This document shows, in pieces, positions 33,400 through 44,464 of a stretch of DNA of 52,068 nucleotides. The translations under genes and the position numbers were made by a program. The notes beneath the pieces are model-generated. The model searched no databases. It worked only from the letters and a program-made list of their open reading frames with translations, and had not been told where the DNA came from. Every line of letters begins with the position of its first letter. Position 1 is the stretch's first letter. Origin of the DNA: Corallochytrium limacisporum Hawaii (lineage: Eukaryota > Protista > Pluriformea); NCBI GenBank assembly GCA_002811645.1, contig PDIP01000062.1:33965-86032 (forward strand), written 5' to 3'.

Positions 33400-35520
33400 G
33401 GTTTTTTTTTTTGCGGGATATTTTAATTCAAATTAAATAAGGGGTTCATTTGTTGACCTCCCACCACTTTTCTTTGTTTTCCCCCGGGGGGGGGGGCCTC
33501 ACCTTCCAGAGTCGAACAACGACCCGGGAGCGGGTCGCCGCCGTGGCAACCCACGGCTCGCAGTGGGCCAGTCATTCTTATGGTGCGCTACCACAGCTGC
33601 GAAGGAACATCTTCAAAAACTCGCTTCCGCAAGACTGAGGGTGTTGTCATCTTAGGATAGCTGTACTACGGTATCTTAAGAACCGAAAATAAGCATCTGC
33701 CAAGTGCCAGATGGGGACGTTTATTGCCTTGCTTTGAAACCTTCTAGACATGCTGGTGCTGAACGCCTACCACACCGGCGGAACAGGACCCGACAAGCCG
33801 GCCACCGCACGAAACAGAGCAAAAAATACCTCGGGCCAGACAAACAGACGAACTTTTTATGTGCTGGCGAGACCCGGTTTCCCCTCCTCCGATACTTTTC
33901 CTTCGCCGGATGTGGGGGGAGGGGGGGGGCTCTCCTTCTTTCTTCTCCTCCGCCTTCCCCTCCCTCCACCAAACCCCCCCCCCACCCGTCCCCCCACTGC
34001 GCACGCCACTCTTCATACCAACTTCACCGCTCCCCCCCCGGTGAACTGTCTTTTTTTGGCCCTACCGGGAACCAAGCGGGGAGGGCAAGTGGAAACACGA
34101 ACCGATGGCCATTCGAAAACGTCTAGAGTTTCCCGATGGAGCAGTAGTCTTTGTATTTATGGTGTGGTGGAAGCTCTTCCAACTAACCATCCCTTTGATG
34201 TACAGTGCATGTCGGCAATTGCTGCAGGCCGGTAACCGTAGCCCCAAAGGAGATGAGCAACGTGGAACCCGAATTCGAGAACACGCATCCATCTCACTTT
34301 GGGCACTCCGTGGGCCCTGCTCCCGCCGTGTGCTCACTATTGCAGACGGGGTCCTATTTTTCGGAACAGGTGCAACAAGTTTGCGACGGCCACAAAGACA
34401 TGAATGAGAAACCGGAAACGTAGGGGGCAACCCCCCAGGTTTCTAACCTCTGACGCCCAAAAATGGATGGCAATTCAATGGTAAACGTACTGATATTTTG
34501 GGCCCATTCATAACAGTCATCGAGCTCGAGAGCTCGATCCGAGCCGACGGACCGTCAGCACTACGAAACACCCGACACACCGGGTGGTCCGTTATTGCCC
34601 CTGTGACCTCGCCCCACTCTTTCTTCCTGTCTTTTTTTTTTTTTCTCTTTTTCTCCCGTTGGCTGCCGTTGTCCACTGACTGCGCTCGATTATTCCCTTT
34701 TTCTGACCTACAGAAATCTTTCTTTCCAGGGAGTGCCGTCGTTCAATGCGAATTCAGAAGAAACGGAAATCGGTAGTGAATGTATGGATACAAATACTCC
34801 ATTGTCAGACCAAATCCTGTGTCAGGGAATTCGGAGCCTCCAGTAGTAATGGCATGGTACAAACGAATCTCCCACGACTGAGACCCCCGCCACGATCAGA
34901 CACGTTGTCACCGTCCGGTAGTGCGGGGAGGAGAAGGGGAGGTCGGGGCACCCATGGGCCACCGGGGGGAGGGGTGGAGAGTTGCAATTTTTACAGGCAA
35001 CTGCTATAGTGTTTCTATGGAAAAAGAAGCAGTGCCAGGCCACTGTGCACTTGTCTTTTCTCGCCCCGAAAGGCAAGGCGGGAGGAGGGAGAGGTCTTCG
35101 TTTCCTTTGTGTGCATGGGCCGGATGTTTTTTTTTTGAGTTGCCTTCCCGAGCCGGGTGCCGTGAGGGACGGCTGGTGTGGGGGAGGGGGGGGGAGGAGA
35201 GTTGCGTGGAGAAGATCGTAGGGGTAACGTGGAGAGAGAGAGCACAAGAGAGAGAGAGACTGGAACTCTGCGCCACTGGTCCCAAGGTTCCCTCTGCGGG
35301 GGTCGTTCGCGCTTGAGGTCTCTCCCATTCCCCACTTCCTATTGATTTTTTTTTCCTTTTTTGCCTTGGCCATTCCAATTCAACCACCGCCTCGCGCCAC
35401 TCTCCCCTGCCACCCTTGGCCACGGTCTCGGTAGCGAAGCAGTGGGGTCCCTTGGGGGCTCGGAGTGGGGAGGGGGGACGGGGGGGGGAACCGGAAAGAA
35501 AGTTTGGGGGGAGATTGGCG
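33400..35520. promoter_or_regulatory. G/C-homopolymer island region between the divergent ABHD16A and lipase-fusion genes
   Basis: Runs such as C5G11 (33481), G-tracts (33914-33929, 35180-35194, 35467-35488), and T- and GA-tracts; no credible ORF. Confidence 0.45.
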
Positions 35521-35875
35521 AAACTCCATCGCCGGTGAAGCAGTGGCGTGCGCAATCTGGTCAGAGAAGACTTCGCATCATGACACCAGGCACTTCCGGT
35601 GATACAAAGTCTGAATCTGTACCAAGTCTGAATGCGCTCGTCATTATTCAGGTTAGAAATATACCCGATGCAATTTATGTAACACATCGCTAAGCTACGG
35701 AAGCATCAAGAGAAATGATGCAGCGCAAACTGGCATGCCTGGACATCGAAGAGACTATCGTGAATGTGTTCAATAAATCGTTTTCATGAACGAGAAATTA
35801 AAAGTTGAGTTCGTATATGAGGATCCAATGCCCATGGATAATATGGTGTTCAACAGTCTAGTGAAGTAACTGTAC

Positions 35876-38800
35876 ATGAATGGATCCATGCCGGGAGACA
35901 GGGGAAAGCAACCTGCATCCCGGACGGTTCCGGATAGTGATGAAGGGCAAAATGACCAGCTGTCCCCATTACCGCAACGGAAGGGATCATCCAATTCAGT
36001 TCCAGAATCGATAAGACAAGATGCAACAAGAGATACTCGGAATCTTGTGAAGGATTCAGAAATCGACGATATGGAAGCTCAGCCTGCTTCCACTGACAAA
36101 TCAGGCAGCATCAGGGTGACTGCGGGTGACAGTGCACAAGCTGAGTCGTCAGGAATCATGACCAGACTCTGGCAAGCATCGAAGTCAGCATTGGGCGTCA
36201 TGCACATCGGAGGAGAAAATGCACCGCAACAGAACCTTGACGAGGCTGTGCAGAGAATGGGACAGGAAAGATTCACCGTTGAGCCTACTCGAATGTCAGC
36301 AACATCCCACACACTGCAACGACCTCCAATACCTCCACACAAGCCCTCGCTGGCTTTTGCAGATGATGATTTAGGAGAATTTGTCGATCCTGAGTGCGCG
36401 CAATATCGCGAATCTAGTAGTTCCTGGATACAGTCAACGGACGCAGAGCACGGGAGCGGGGATCACAGGGCCCGCCAGCGGTACGAGACATACCGCAGCC
36501 AAGGAGCAGAATCCTTGGTCAGCACACAGAGAGAAAGTCAGCGGAGTGCAGGGTTGGATTTTGACATGGTTAGCGTTAGAGACAGCAACAGAGACGTCAA
36601 GAAAAACGGTCGCAAGGGAAATGTCTGGCGGTCAACATATTCCAACATCAGAAGTTACCTGCAAAATGAGGATGAATTTCTGATGCAGCAGTACGCCCCA
36701 ATCTTAGAGGAACGTGTAGGTGGCATCAGCAGCGTCGGAGCTGGTTCTCGACTCCCTACCACCAAGGCACAACAAGAAATTCAACGTAAACGTGCAGAGA
36801 CCAAGGCTCAAATCGCAATCGATGAAATCCCAGATCCTGCGGAAGTTGAAGACTTGGAATCAATCGGCCTACCATCCAATATGGGCGACTACGCTCGCAA
36901 ACGGAAGAGTGTTGATGAATCTTCGAAGAGTGGTGCCATGAAACAACCCAAGACGGTGAGACACGCTGATCTTGAGCAGGCTGAGGAGACGGAGTCAGAG
37001 TTGAAAAAGAGCCATAGCATTCGTTCAGAAGATTCGGTGGTGTATTTGCCCTTGACTGGTACGGGTGAGTATAAACCCCGGATCAGCTTGGAGTTGATCC
37101 GCAAGCGGTACATGATCATATTTCTTGGTTGGCAACTGTTTGCATGGGTCTTGGCCGTTCTTTTGGTTATCTTTCAGAGTTCAGTCTTCACGGAGATGAA
37201 CCAGATTACTGTATCCAACAGAGGGTCAAGCCAGGAGGATTTCGAAAACCTTATGGAATCTTTTGGTGTCGATGCAGCCACCCCACCGGATCAACATCCA
37301 TTGATCACATACGAAATTGAGCTGAGTGGGTGGCACTGGCTACAAGGCATTTTCCAGGTGAATAGTAGAATGTCATGTACTCTGAGTGAAGAGCAGTGTG
37401 CGGCATTGCAAGTGACAGATGACAGCGACAACCCCTATGGTCTAACCTACTATGTTGCCGTTGCCCATCGACTGCATGGTCAGGATTCATTTTCTTTGAC
37501 CCTGCAGGAAACCCTGGACGATGACGAGGTCGCGTTTTCGGGATTTTCTGACACCGACGACAACCCGAATACGGTGCTCCATAACAGTGTTTGGTACGAC
37601 AAGGATGCCACGGTGGCTCGATTTGAAAAATTCATGGATGTGGAGTCCTGGCGAGTCTTCATGTCTGTTTACAAGGCACCAGAGTCAGCACTCACAGCCG
37701 ATGACTTAGAGGACACAATCACCATCGTGGCACTGGACAAGTCATATCAAATTGCACTTCTAGTCATTTTGTACGCAATTTTGGCGACCTTTATAGCGGC
37801 CTATGCAACATGGTGTCGTTCTTTGTATGTCTATCAATACCAGAAGTGGGATAAGCTGCTCTTGGAACAGCTCCTGTTGGTGATTATGCTGCTTCCTCTG
37901 ATGGTTTGCACGTGTAATCCGATGTACATCCTTAGCGTGGTCTTCATGCCCTGGACCCCGTACTCATTCGGTAGTGCTGTCATCAGTGACATGCAGATCA
38001 TTATCTTGGCGGCCCTTCTGCTTCTCATGCTATTAGTTGCAAGTCCAAGCTATCGCAAACTTTTGAAAACGTACTGGTTTGTCAGCATACTCGTGATCAC
38101 TGGCTTTCTAATTTATGGTGTTGTCGTCGCAGACGACGCATTAATTCTCTTACTAGGTAATGGAGCTATTGATGAAGGTCCGAGCAGTAGCTCCCATGAA
38201 ATCTTCTTGGCTTCCCAGATTCTGAACTACGTGTTCTTTGCTGCATCAGTGCTATATTTCGTGGCCTTGTACAGTGTGATTCGTCTAGTGGGCAAAGATT
38301 TGCACAAACTCCCATACATGGAATTCCGCACGATGCAGCTTGGTTACCGTATGAGCACGCTTATGGCTGTCTTTGTGTGGACATATGCTCTTATATATGC
38401 CATCACCATTGCGATTAACTACGTGGACAACGATCAAATCAACGCTATCGACTACCTAGGTCGACCGTCAATTGGCAACATGTACTTTTACTTTGCATAC
38501 TCAATGGCGGTCATGTACATGTACCTGCCTGCAGTGGCCTCAGGTCGCCGGTTTGAGAAGTACTCACACTTTCGAAAGAATTTCCTCGCAGAAGAAGGTG
38601 AAGTATTCAGTCTAAAGCTTGCTCTGCGTCTTTTAGAATTCGCGGTTGATGTGTACTACGAACCAGAGTCAAAGGGTCTTGATCCGGACTTGACCGTACA
38701 TCCAAAAGAGCTTGGTTATGAGTTGATCGAGCACGTGGACCATGACGGTGCTGACCTGCACTCCATGATACTGATCGATCCCAACGATCCTAATCGACTT

Positions 38801-40642
38801 ATTGTGACTTTCCGTGGCACGTATTCCTCGCAGAATGTAAAGACTGACCTCGATTTTAGACTCAAGCTCCTTCCTGATGCAAATGAGTTGATCGAGACTG
38901 CTGCCAAGAAGCGTAAGGACCGGAACAGAGCGCTTCATGAGCTGGAGAGGTTGGTAGAAAGGGAAGGCTGGGATCTCAATTGCCCTCCATTGGAAGAAAA
39001 GGAAAGCAGCGATGAGGCCTATGAATCGATGTCGTCTCAAACGCGCCTTTCTCGCGCAGCCGCCAGGCTTAGGACATCCCTTCAATCCTCCCTTCTCGGC
39101 CGAAGCTCCAAATCGTCGAAGGTTCACAGTTGCAGCAGTAGCGCTCGTCAGAGCACAAGTCCATCTAGCCATGACGATAAGGACACTCGAAGTAGTGTTA
39201 GCAAAGTACCTACTAAGGACAAGAAGCACAAATCTGGAAGTTCGAATCTTAAGATTTTGGACCTGGACCCCCTTGCGCGAGAGTCCCTGTATCAGCAATA
39301 CTGTCACTATCAGCGCGACCACGATCGTGCACAACTTGAGGCATTGGTAACAGAAGACCGTGGTGCAGTGCTTGATCGCATGATTCCCAATTCGGCGGGC
39401 GCCACAGATGATCTCAATCCGCTGGAGGATCAGAGAAAGGGTGCCACACGAAAGAAGTATGCGACAATGCTTCGAAAGACATCAGTCGATGCCAGTCGCC
39501 ACCTCTCTGAGAATGGTCACGAGAATCAATCGCTTACGGAGACCATCAAGGATCTGACGGAAAGTACCGATGTCGCAGAGACGAAGAGTAGTCAACCGCA
39601 CACCCCAAAGTTTCCGGCTTGGCACAGAGCCTCAGCTGGTGCTACTTTGCTAATTAATCCACATGAAGAGGTCCGTCGTAGCACAGAATCGTCAGCAAAG
39701 CATGACAAGTCCAATGATGCCTATGATCAGAGCAGACCTGAAACCCGGGCTACTGTTATGCATAGACTGCTCCATTACATCGGCGACGTTGAAGAGCGTA
39801 CTGGAGATGCTGTGCTGAATGCGACTACAAGAATTAACAACGCCGCATTGTATCTTGGTCGCCAATTGGGTATCTCCGTAGCACAGCCAAAGGCTCATCG
39901 CGGGTTCCTGAAGGCCTACAGTCGCCTTCATCCTCGCCTGCAAAAGAGCGTTCTCAAGATCCTGGAGGAGCGGGAGATCGACGAGGTCATGGTTTGTGGC
40001 CATTCACTTGGCGGCGCTCTCAGTGAAATTTGTGCTATTTATATGAACCTTTGGCTCCCGCCGCGGCTTCCTGTGCATGTGTACACCTACGGCACACCTC
40101 GTATTGGTAACCAAGCCCTGGTGAAGCTCATGGACGAACTCATTCCTTTCAATTTCCGCTTGGTCAGTGATGGAGACATTGTTACTGCGTGGCATCGTAT
40201 CCACTACCACCCTGGAACGGAGCTGGTGCTGGGTAAGTTTGGCACAATCAACGTCGACCCATCCTTCATTGAGCGATTCTTTGTCCGAAGTCGTTCGAAT
40301 CCTTCTGCTCATGCTTGTTCTGAATATGAGCGGCGTATGGGCTTGGCGTTGGAAAAGGCCCGTGACAAAACCCGCCGGCAGCGCTTGGAGAACATGGATT
40401 CTGACGAAGTCATGGAACGGGTCAAGGAGGCAGCGGAGTTGCAGGACGAGGAAGACCGTCGTCGCTCGACTGTCTTCCACACACCGCGGACCACCATCGC
40501 CAAAAACATCTCCACGTACAACGAAATTGAGGCTGAAACGATCGGAGATGCTGGTATCCTAGGCCATATCCACCGCCACGAGACTGAACTGCGGAACGCG
40601 CGATCGAACGGGCCCAGCAAGGAGCGTAAGGCGTCCGTGTAA
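35876..40642 (+). CDS. Multi-pass membrane protein (TMEM181/Wntless-like domain) fused to a class-3 lipase
   Basis: 1588 aa. Disordered N-terminus, TM at ~37110-37177, luminal domain, ~7 further TMs (~37750-38533) with LEQ..LLPL..CNPMY, LPYMEFR and MYLP. Then lipase elements VTFRGT..TDLDF, AHRGFLKAY, GHSLGG (39998-40015), YTYGTPRIGN, DGDIV, HACSEY. Confidence 0.8.
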   Translation: MNGSMPGDRGKQPASRTVPDSDEGQNDQLSPLPQRKGSSNSVPESIRQDATRDTRNLVKDSEIDDMEAQPASTDKSGSIRVTAGDSAQAESSGIMTRLWQASKSALGVMHIGGENAPQQNLDEAVQRMGQERFTVEPTRMSATSHTLQRPPIPPHKPSLAFADDDLGEFVDPECAQYRESSSSWIQSTDAEHGSGDHRARQRYETYRSQGAESLVSTQRESQRSAGLDFDMVSVRDSNRDVKKNGRKGNVWRSTYSNIRSYLQNEDEFLMQQYAPILEERVGGISSVGAGSRLPTTKAQQEIQRKRAETKAQIAIDEIPDPAEVEDLESIGLPSNMGDYARKRKSVDESSKSGAMKQPKTVRHADLEQAEETESELKKSHSIRSEDSVVYLPLTGTGEYKPRISLELIRKRYMIIFLGWQLFAWVLAVLLVIFQSSVFTEMNQITVSNRGSSQEDFENLMESFGVDAATPPDQHPLITYEIELSGWHWLQGIFQVNSRMSCTLSEEQCAALQVTDDSDNPYGLTYYVAVAHRLHGQDSFSLTLQETLDDDEVAFSGFSDTDDNPNTVLHNSVWYDKDATVARFEKFMDVESWRVFMSVYKAPESALTADDLEDTITIVALDKSYQIALLVILYAILATFIAAYATWCRSLYVYQYQKWDKLLLEQLLLVIMLLPLMVCTCNPMYILSVVFMPWTPYSFGSAVISDMQIIILAALLLLMLLVASPSYRKLLKTYWFVSILVITGFLIYGVVVADDALILLLGNGAIDEGPSSSSHEIFLASQILNYVFFAASVLYFVALYSVIRLVGKDLHKLPYMEFRTMQLGYRMSTLMAVFVWTYALIYAITIAINYVDNDQINAIDYLGRPSIGNMYFYFAYSMAVMYMYLPAVASGRRFEKYSHFRKNFLAEEGEVFSLKLALRLLEFAVDVYYEPESKGLDPDLTVHPKELGYELIEHVDHDGADLHSMILIDPNDPNRLIVTFRGTYSSQNVKTDLDFRLKLLPDANELIETAAKKRKDRNRALHELERLVEREGWDLNCPPLEEKESSDEAYESMSSQTRLSRAAARLRTSLQSSLLGRSSKSSKVHSCSSSARQSTSPSSHDDKDTRSSVSKVPTKDKKHKSGSSNLKILDLDPLARESLYQQYCHYQRDHDRAQLEALVTEDRGAVLDRMIPNSAGATDDLNPLEDQRKGATRKKYATMLRKTSVDASRHLSENGHENQSLTETIKDLTESTDVAETKSSQPHTPKFPAWHRASAGATLLINPHEEVRRSTESSAKHDKSNDAYDQSRPETRATVMHRLLHYIGDVEERTGDAVLNATTRINNAALYLGRQLGISVAQPKAHRGFLKAYSRLHPRLQKSVLKILEEREIDEVMVCGHSLGGALSEICAIYMNLWLPPRLPVHVYTYGTPRIGNQALVKLMDELIPFNFRLVSDGDIVTAWHRIHYHPGTELVLGKFGTINVDPSFIERFFVRSRSNPSAHACSEYERRMGLALEKARDKTRRQRLENMDSDEVMERVKEAAELQDEEDRRRSTVFHTPRTTIAKNISTYNEIEAETIGDAGILGHIHRHETELRNARSNGPSKERKASV

Positions 40643-41101
40643 TATCTCTAATCATACTAAATTTCATCGTCTTGCAGTAACCATCCAGCATGTACAATAA
40701 TACACACACATCCATTTCATTTATTTCGTCATCAATGCGACCTTCTCAGCTGCACGATGATCGTCAGGACTGCCCCGGGTTCCCTGCCGACGTCGGGGGC
40801 GATCGCGATTTGCCCCTCCCCCTCTCCTTTCCTCCCGCATCACAACCCCTAAAGACCGAAGAGGTTGGGGCCGCTTTTTGTTGTGTTGCCCGAAGAGACA
40901 CAAGAATCGGAGAAAAGGAACAGAACTCCTATGAAGGGGATTGGGACCCCGCCGGGGTAAGGGGAGGGGGGGGGTTCTCCGGTGAACTCCTCTTTTCCGT
41001 TCGGTTCCTCGGGGGCTCATAAGTCTCATGATGTTACCGCGGCGCTGTTCGGCATTTGCGAGGCGGAAACCAATTTGGCACCGTGATGGGCTCAGCAAAA
41101 G

Positions 41102-41273
41102 GTATGAAACTGCGTGTACCTACAAAATTAAGCACACTGATAATAGTTTTTCTGTTTATTGAATCGAATAAGGCCGTAAGACAGGAAAGAAAAATTAATT
41201 CTTCAGGAACGACCCCAGTGTCGTCTAAGAAATGAAATGAGCTTACATTGAGCCCGCTTTTGCACTTGTGCAG
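41102..41273 (+). other. Candidate 5'UTR intron of DET1
   Basis: AAAG|GTATGA at 41102, GCTTAC at 41241-41246, cttttgcacttgtgCAG ending at 41273; ATG at 41303. Confidence 0.55.
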
Positions 41274-41302
41274 AGCGGTAGAGTACGAAATATAGAGTAA
41301 AC

Positions 41303-44300
41303 ATGACATGGTACCATGGCAGTGGAAAGAGTGTCCTGCACCAGCTCCTTGAACGTGAGATCAAGCCTGCCAGACCCTCTGCAAATTTGAATCGGGACCG
41401 GTTATTTTACTCCCATCTTTACCCTAACCATACTGTTTTCAACTGTGTAGCTCCGCAGAATATTAGTTTGAAAAAATTTTCACCATGTGGGAAATACATG
41501 ATTGGATATGGTAAGGATGATGACTCTGTTGTCATGTACCGCTTCGAATGGAACAGTTACATAATTCCAGTGGACCCGAACGCAACAGAACAACCGGGCT
41601 GTTGGTCGGGCTCCAGGGAGAAGGGGAAAGTACCGCTCAAACGAGAGAGTAGCAGCAGTGTGAAAACTGAACCTAGTGACCAACAGCAGACTTCAACAGC
41701 ATCCATGTCACATCTGCCGGGCATGACTCGGGGCGGTCAGAACCTGACCCACTCGGACCACAAGGGCATGTCTGAACACGAAGCGTTGAACCCGATGACC
41801 TGTTTCAGCCGCTTTTTCAAGTTCCACTGGCATCGGACTCTCACTCAGGACGATACACAGAAACTTGAGCGTTCAACGTTCTTATTTAGCATGAATTCGA
41901 AGTACGTCGTGTTGGCAACAACATCACCCTGCCGGGCCTTGACCGCTGGCGCGAACCACCCCGACTACACTCCAGAGACAAGACTTGAGGTTGCAAGTGT
42001 GAACTACACGTTTTACTGTCTTTCGGTTCAAACTGGAGAATGTACAGATCGAATTACATTCGAGGGCGACCAGATTCCCCTTGGGCGGCTGAATGGGGTG
42101 TGCATGTTTGATAATGTCTTGGCCGTACTGAGTATCAAGTTCCAGTGCATCCGCATTATTGAGCTCAAAGAAGGTGGCAATTTTGTGCATCTGCAAAAGA
42201 TTGGATGGCTTTGTCACCAAGACGATGAATTAACCTTGAGCAAGTTTGCCACGGATGCTGAAGAGTATGCTCGGGCCTGTAGGCAGGCCTTCAATCCCGA
42301 AGTGTCGAACCCAGGTGCAAATGTGAAGAAGAATGTACGGCCGCTCTATGGTCGTCGCAGGTTGAGCGGATCCTCTGGCCAGGGCCCTAGTTCACGGGCA
42401 ACTCAGCTGGGCACTACATTGAGTCGCATGGGTTCTCTGCCCCCTGCTACCGGGAACCTGGACCAGAATGATGGAAACAGAGGTCGGTCAGCAATCAACC
42501 GGTACGGTAGCGTGAGATCTCGTCTGCGGTCAACACGATCGGCTGAGCCTGGTAACTCCCGTTTAGCACAGTCCGGTAGGGGGCCTCCATATCGCTCCAG
42601 TGGTCAACCAGGCATGCTGAATACCCCAGGAATGGATCCTGGTTCTGGACGGGGATCTACAAGCTCACAAAATGATGATGCCACCATGGATGTAGATGCA
42701 GATGGAAACCGTCTTGCCTCATCTTCGGTTGGCAACGGGGAGGAGGCTGTCGATCTTCCGAACATTGGCATACTCCAACAATTACTTGCAAGTCGTCTAA
42801 GCAACCGCATGGGACCGCAGAATCCGCCTCCAGTTGGGCCCAGGCCGCGTCCCCCAGGTCCTGCTCGTGCTCCTGTGCCGGGTCCAGCTCCTGTGTACCG
42901 ACCACCTGCTGAGGAAAGCGAGGGGCCTCGTCGTCAGGCCAGTGGTGGCCCTACTAGTCAGACCAATGGGGGCTCCACTGGGCAGCAGAGTGGATCACAA
43001 GGATGGAGCAGTTACCCAGGACGTGCGCGGGAAGGACCCACAGGGAACGGTCAAACAGAGGAAGCAAGTCAGCAGTCATTGAATGCGGGAGTTCCACGGC
43101 CCGCCGCGGGCACCGCCCAAGGCCAAAACCCAAGTACACTATTACCCCCAAGCCGAAATATCGGTCAGCCGCAACAGGGCCCGCAATCACAGCCATCACA
43201 ACCACAGGACCAGGTGCAGCAGCCACCAGCGCCAAATGCGAACTCGGGCAGTGGAGGTACGGAGGTCAATTCAACGAACTTTCCGGGGCTGAGCAACGTG
43301 CGTATTGTTCGTCGCCGAGCTCAGAGTCGCGCATTGTTCATCATTGGTGGTGATGGGCGTCGCAACCAAGGCAGCGCTGGTCAAAGCACGAGTGGCACTG
43401 ACGGTCTCACAGGAGGCACGGGCATTGGTCCGGTGGGGCAAAGTTCCTTGCTAGGTGGTCTTAAGCACCGCATTCTAACGCACCTCTATCGTCTGGCCAA
43501 GAACGATCCTCGTGACCCCGTGCATGCTGTCCGACGCTTCCGGGCTCTGTTCAAGGAATTCGAGAATATGGTGATGGTGCAACAGCAACTGATAGGCAGG
43601 GACCATCTGTTGATCCGGTTCGTGAATGTCAAAGCAATTGGCATACCGCAGCGGTCATCATCGAACGACACGCAAGTGATCATGTTTGTAGTCTACAACA
43701 TGACCGAAGCTAAGGTCGTCGGCTGCTACGACAACACAAGCGAGGAGTTCCTTGCCAAGATGGAAGCCTCCTGCGATATTCTGCGCAGCACCACTTTCAC
43801 AAAGCCCGTAAATTTTGTGTCGACCTGCAGCAGCAACCTGTACGCCCGGGACGCCATTTATCGGAACCGCAGCACTGTGCGCACTGCCCGCCACGGAGGC
43901 CGAGAAGCTGCAGTGCGACGGTTCTTGAACGTCCTACCCTTTATGTCGCAGTGCTGGAGCGACTCACCATATTTTGACCAGAACATATTCTATTACGATG
44001 AGAAAGGCTGCAATGCCGCGGAACGGCCCAAGCCGGTCAGCGACTTCCCCGTGAAGTTCTACTGCCGTGGCTCCGGGCGTCTAAAGTTCAAAGTCCACAC
44101 ACAATTCAGTGCTGTCGATAACGGCAATGGCAACGGTTCCTGCCGCAAGAAGGGAGCCGTCTGTTTCCTGTTCCACCCGATCTACCCGTTCCTGCTGACC
44201 CTTAACTTTGGACACGAGGGATGGTTGATTAATATCCAGTGCCGCCATGAACCTGCGACTGGTGTGCCTGGCAGCGCGAATCTCGCAACAGCTGAGAATA

Positions 44301-44464
44301 GCACCGGGGTCGACGGAGATAATGCAGCAGCTGCAAGGGCGGCCCAGACAGCCCCAGCCAACGGTCGCAGTCCCACGGAGGAAAGGAGCAGCGGCGAAGA
44401 AGGTGGACGTGAGAACGAGGTCAGTAGTCCCACCGGCAGCGGCATGAACCTGCCTTACGATTGA
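41303..44464 (+). CDS. DET1: DET1 homolog (CUL4-DDB1-associated) with a large low-complexity insertion
   Basis: HQLLEREI..RLFYSHLYPNHTVFN, LKKFSPCGKY, LAVLSIKFQCI, IGWLCHQDDEL, GLKHRILTHLY, FVVYNM, VRRFLNVLP..Q..SDSPYFD, FLFHPIYPF. Confidence 0.92.
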   Translation: MTWYHGSGKSVLHQLLEREIKPARPSANLNRDRLFYSHLYPNHTVFNCVAPQNISLKKFSPCGKYMIGYGKDDDSVVMYRFEWNSYIIPVDPNATEQPGCWSGSREKGKVPLKRESSSSVKTEPSDQQQTSTASMSHLPGMTRGGQNLTHSDHKGMSEHEALNPMTCFSRFFKFHWHRTLTQDDTQKLERSTFLFSMNSKYVVLATTSPCRALTAGANHPDYTPETRLEVASVNYTFYCLSVQTGECTDRITFEGDQIPLGRLNGVCMFDNVLAVLSIKFQCIRIIELKEGGNFVHLQKIGWLCHQDDELTLSKFATDAEEYARACRQAFNPEVSNPGANVKKNVRPLYGRRRLSGSSGQGPSSRATQLGTTLSRMGSLPPATGNLDQNDGNRGRSAINRYGSVRSRLRSTRSAEPGNSRLAQSGRGPPYRSSGQPGMLNTPGMDPGSGRGSTSSQNDDATMDVDADGNRLASSSVGNGEEAVDLPNIGILQQLLASRLSNRMGPQNPPPVGPRPRPPGPARAPVPGPAPVYRPPAEESEGPRRQASGGPTSQTNGGSTGQQSGSQGWSSYPGRAREGPTGNGQTEEASQQSLNAGVPRPAAGTAQGQNPSTLLPPSRNIGQPQQGPQSQPSQPQDQVQQPPAPNANSGSGGTEVNSTNFPGLSNVRIVRRRAQSRALFIIGGDGRRNQGSAGQSTSGTDGLTGGTGIGPVGQSSLLGGLKHRILTHLYRLAKNDPRDPVHAVRRFRALFKEFENMVMVQQQLIGRDHLLIRFVNVKAIGIPQRSSSNDTQVIMFVVYNMTEAKVVGCYDNTSEEFLAKMEASCDILRSTTFTKPVNFVSTCSSNLYARDAIYRNRSTVRTARHGGREAAVRRFLNVLPFMSQCWSDSPYFDQNIFYYDEKGCNAAERPKPVSDFPVKFYCRGSGRLKFKVHTQFSAVDNGNGNGSCRKKGAVCFLFHPIYPFLLTLNFGHEGWLINIQCRHEPATGVPGSANLATAENSTGVDGDNAAAARAAQTAPANGRSPTEERSSGEEGGRENEVSSPTGSGMNLPYD

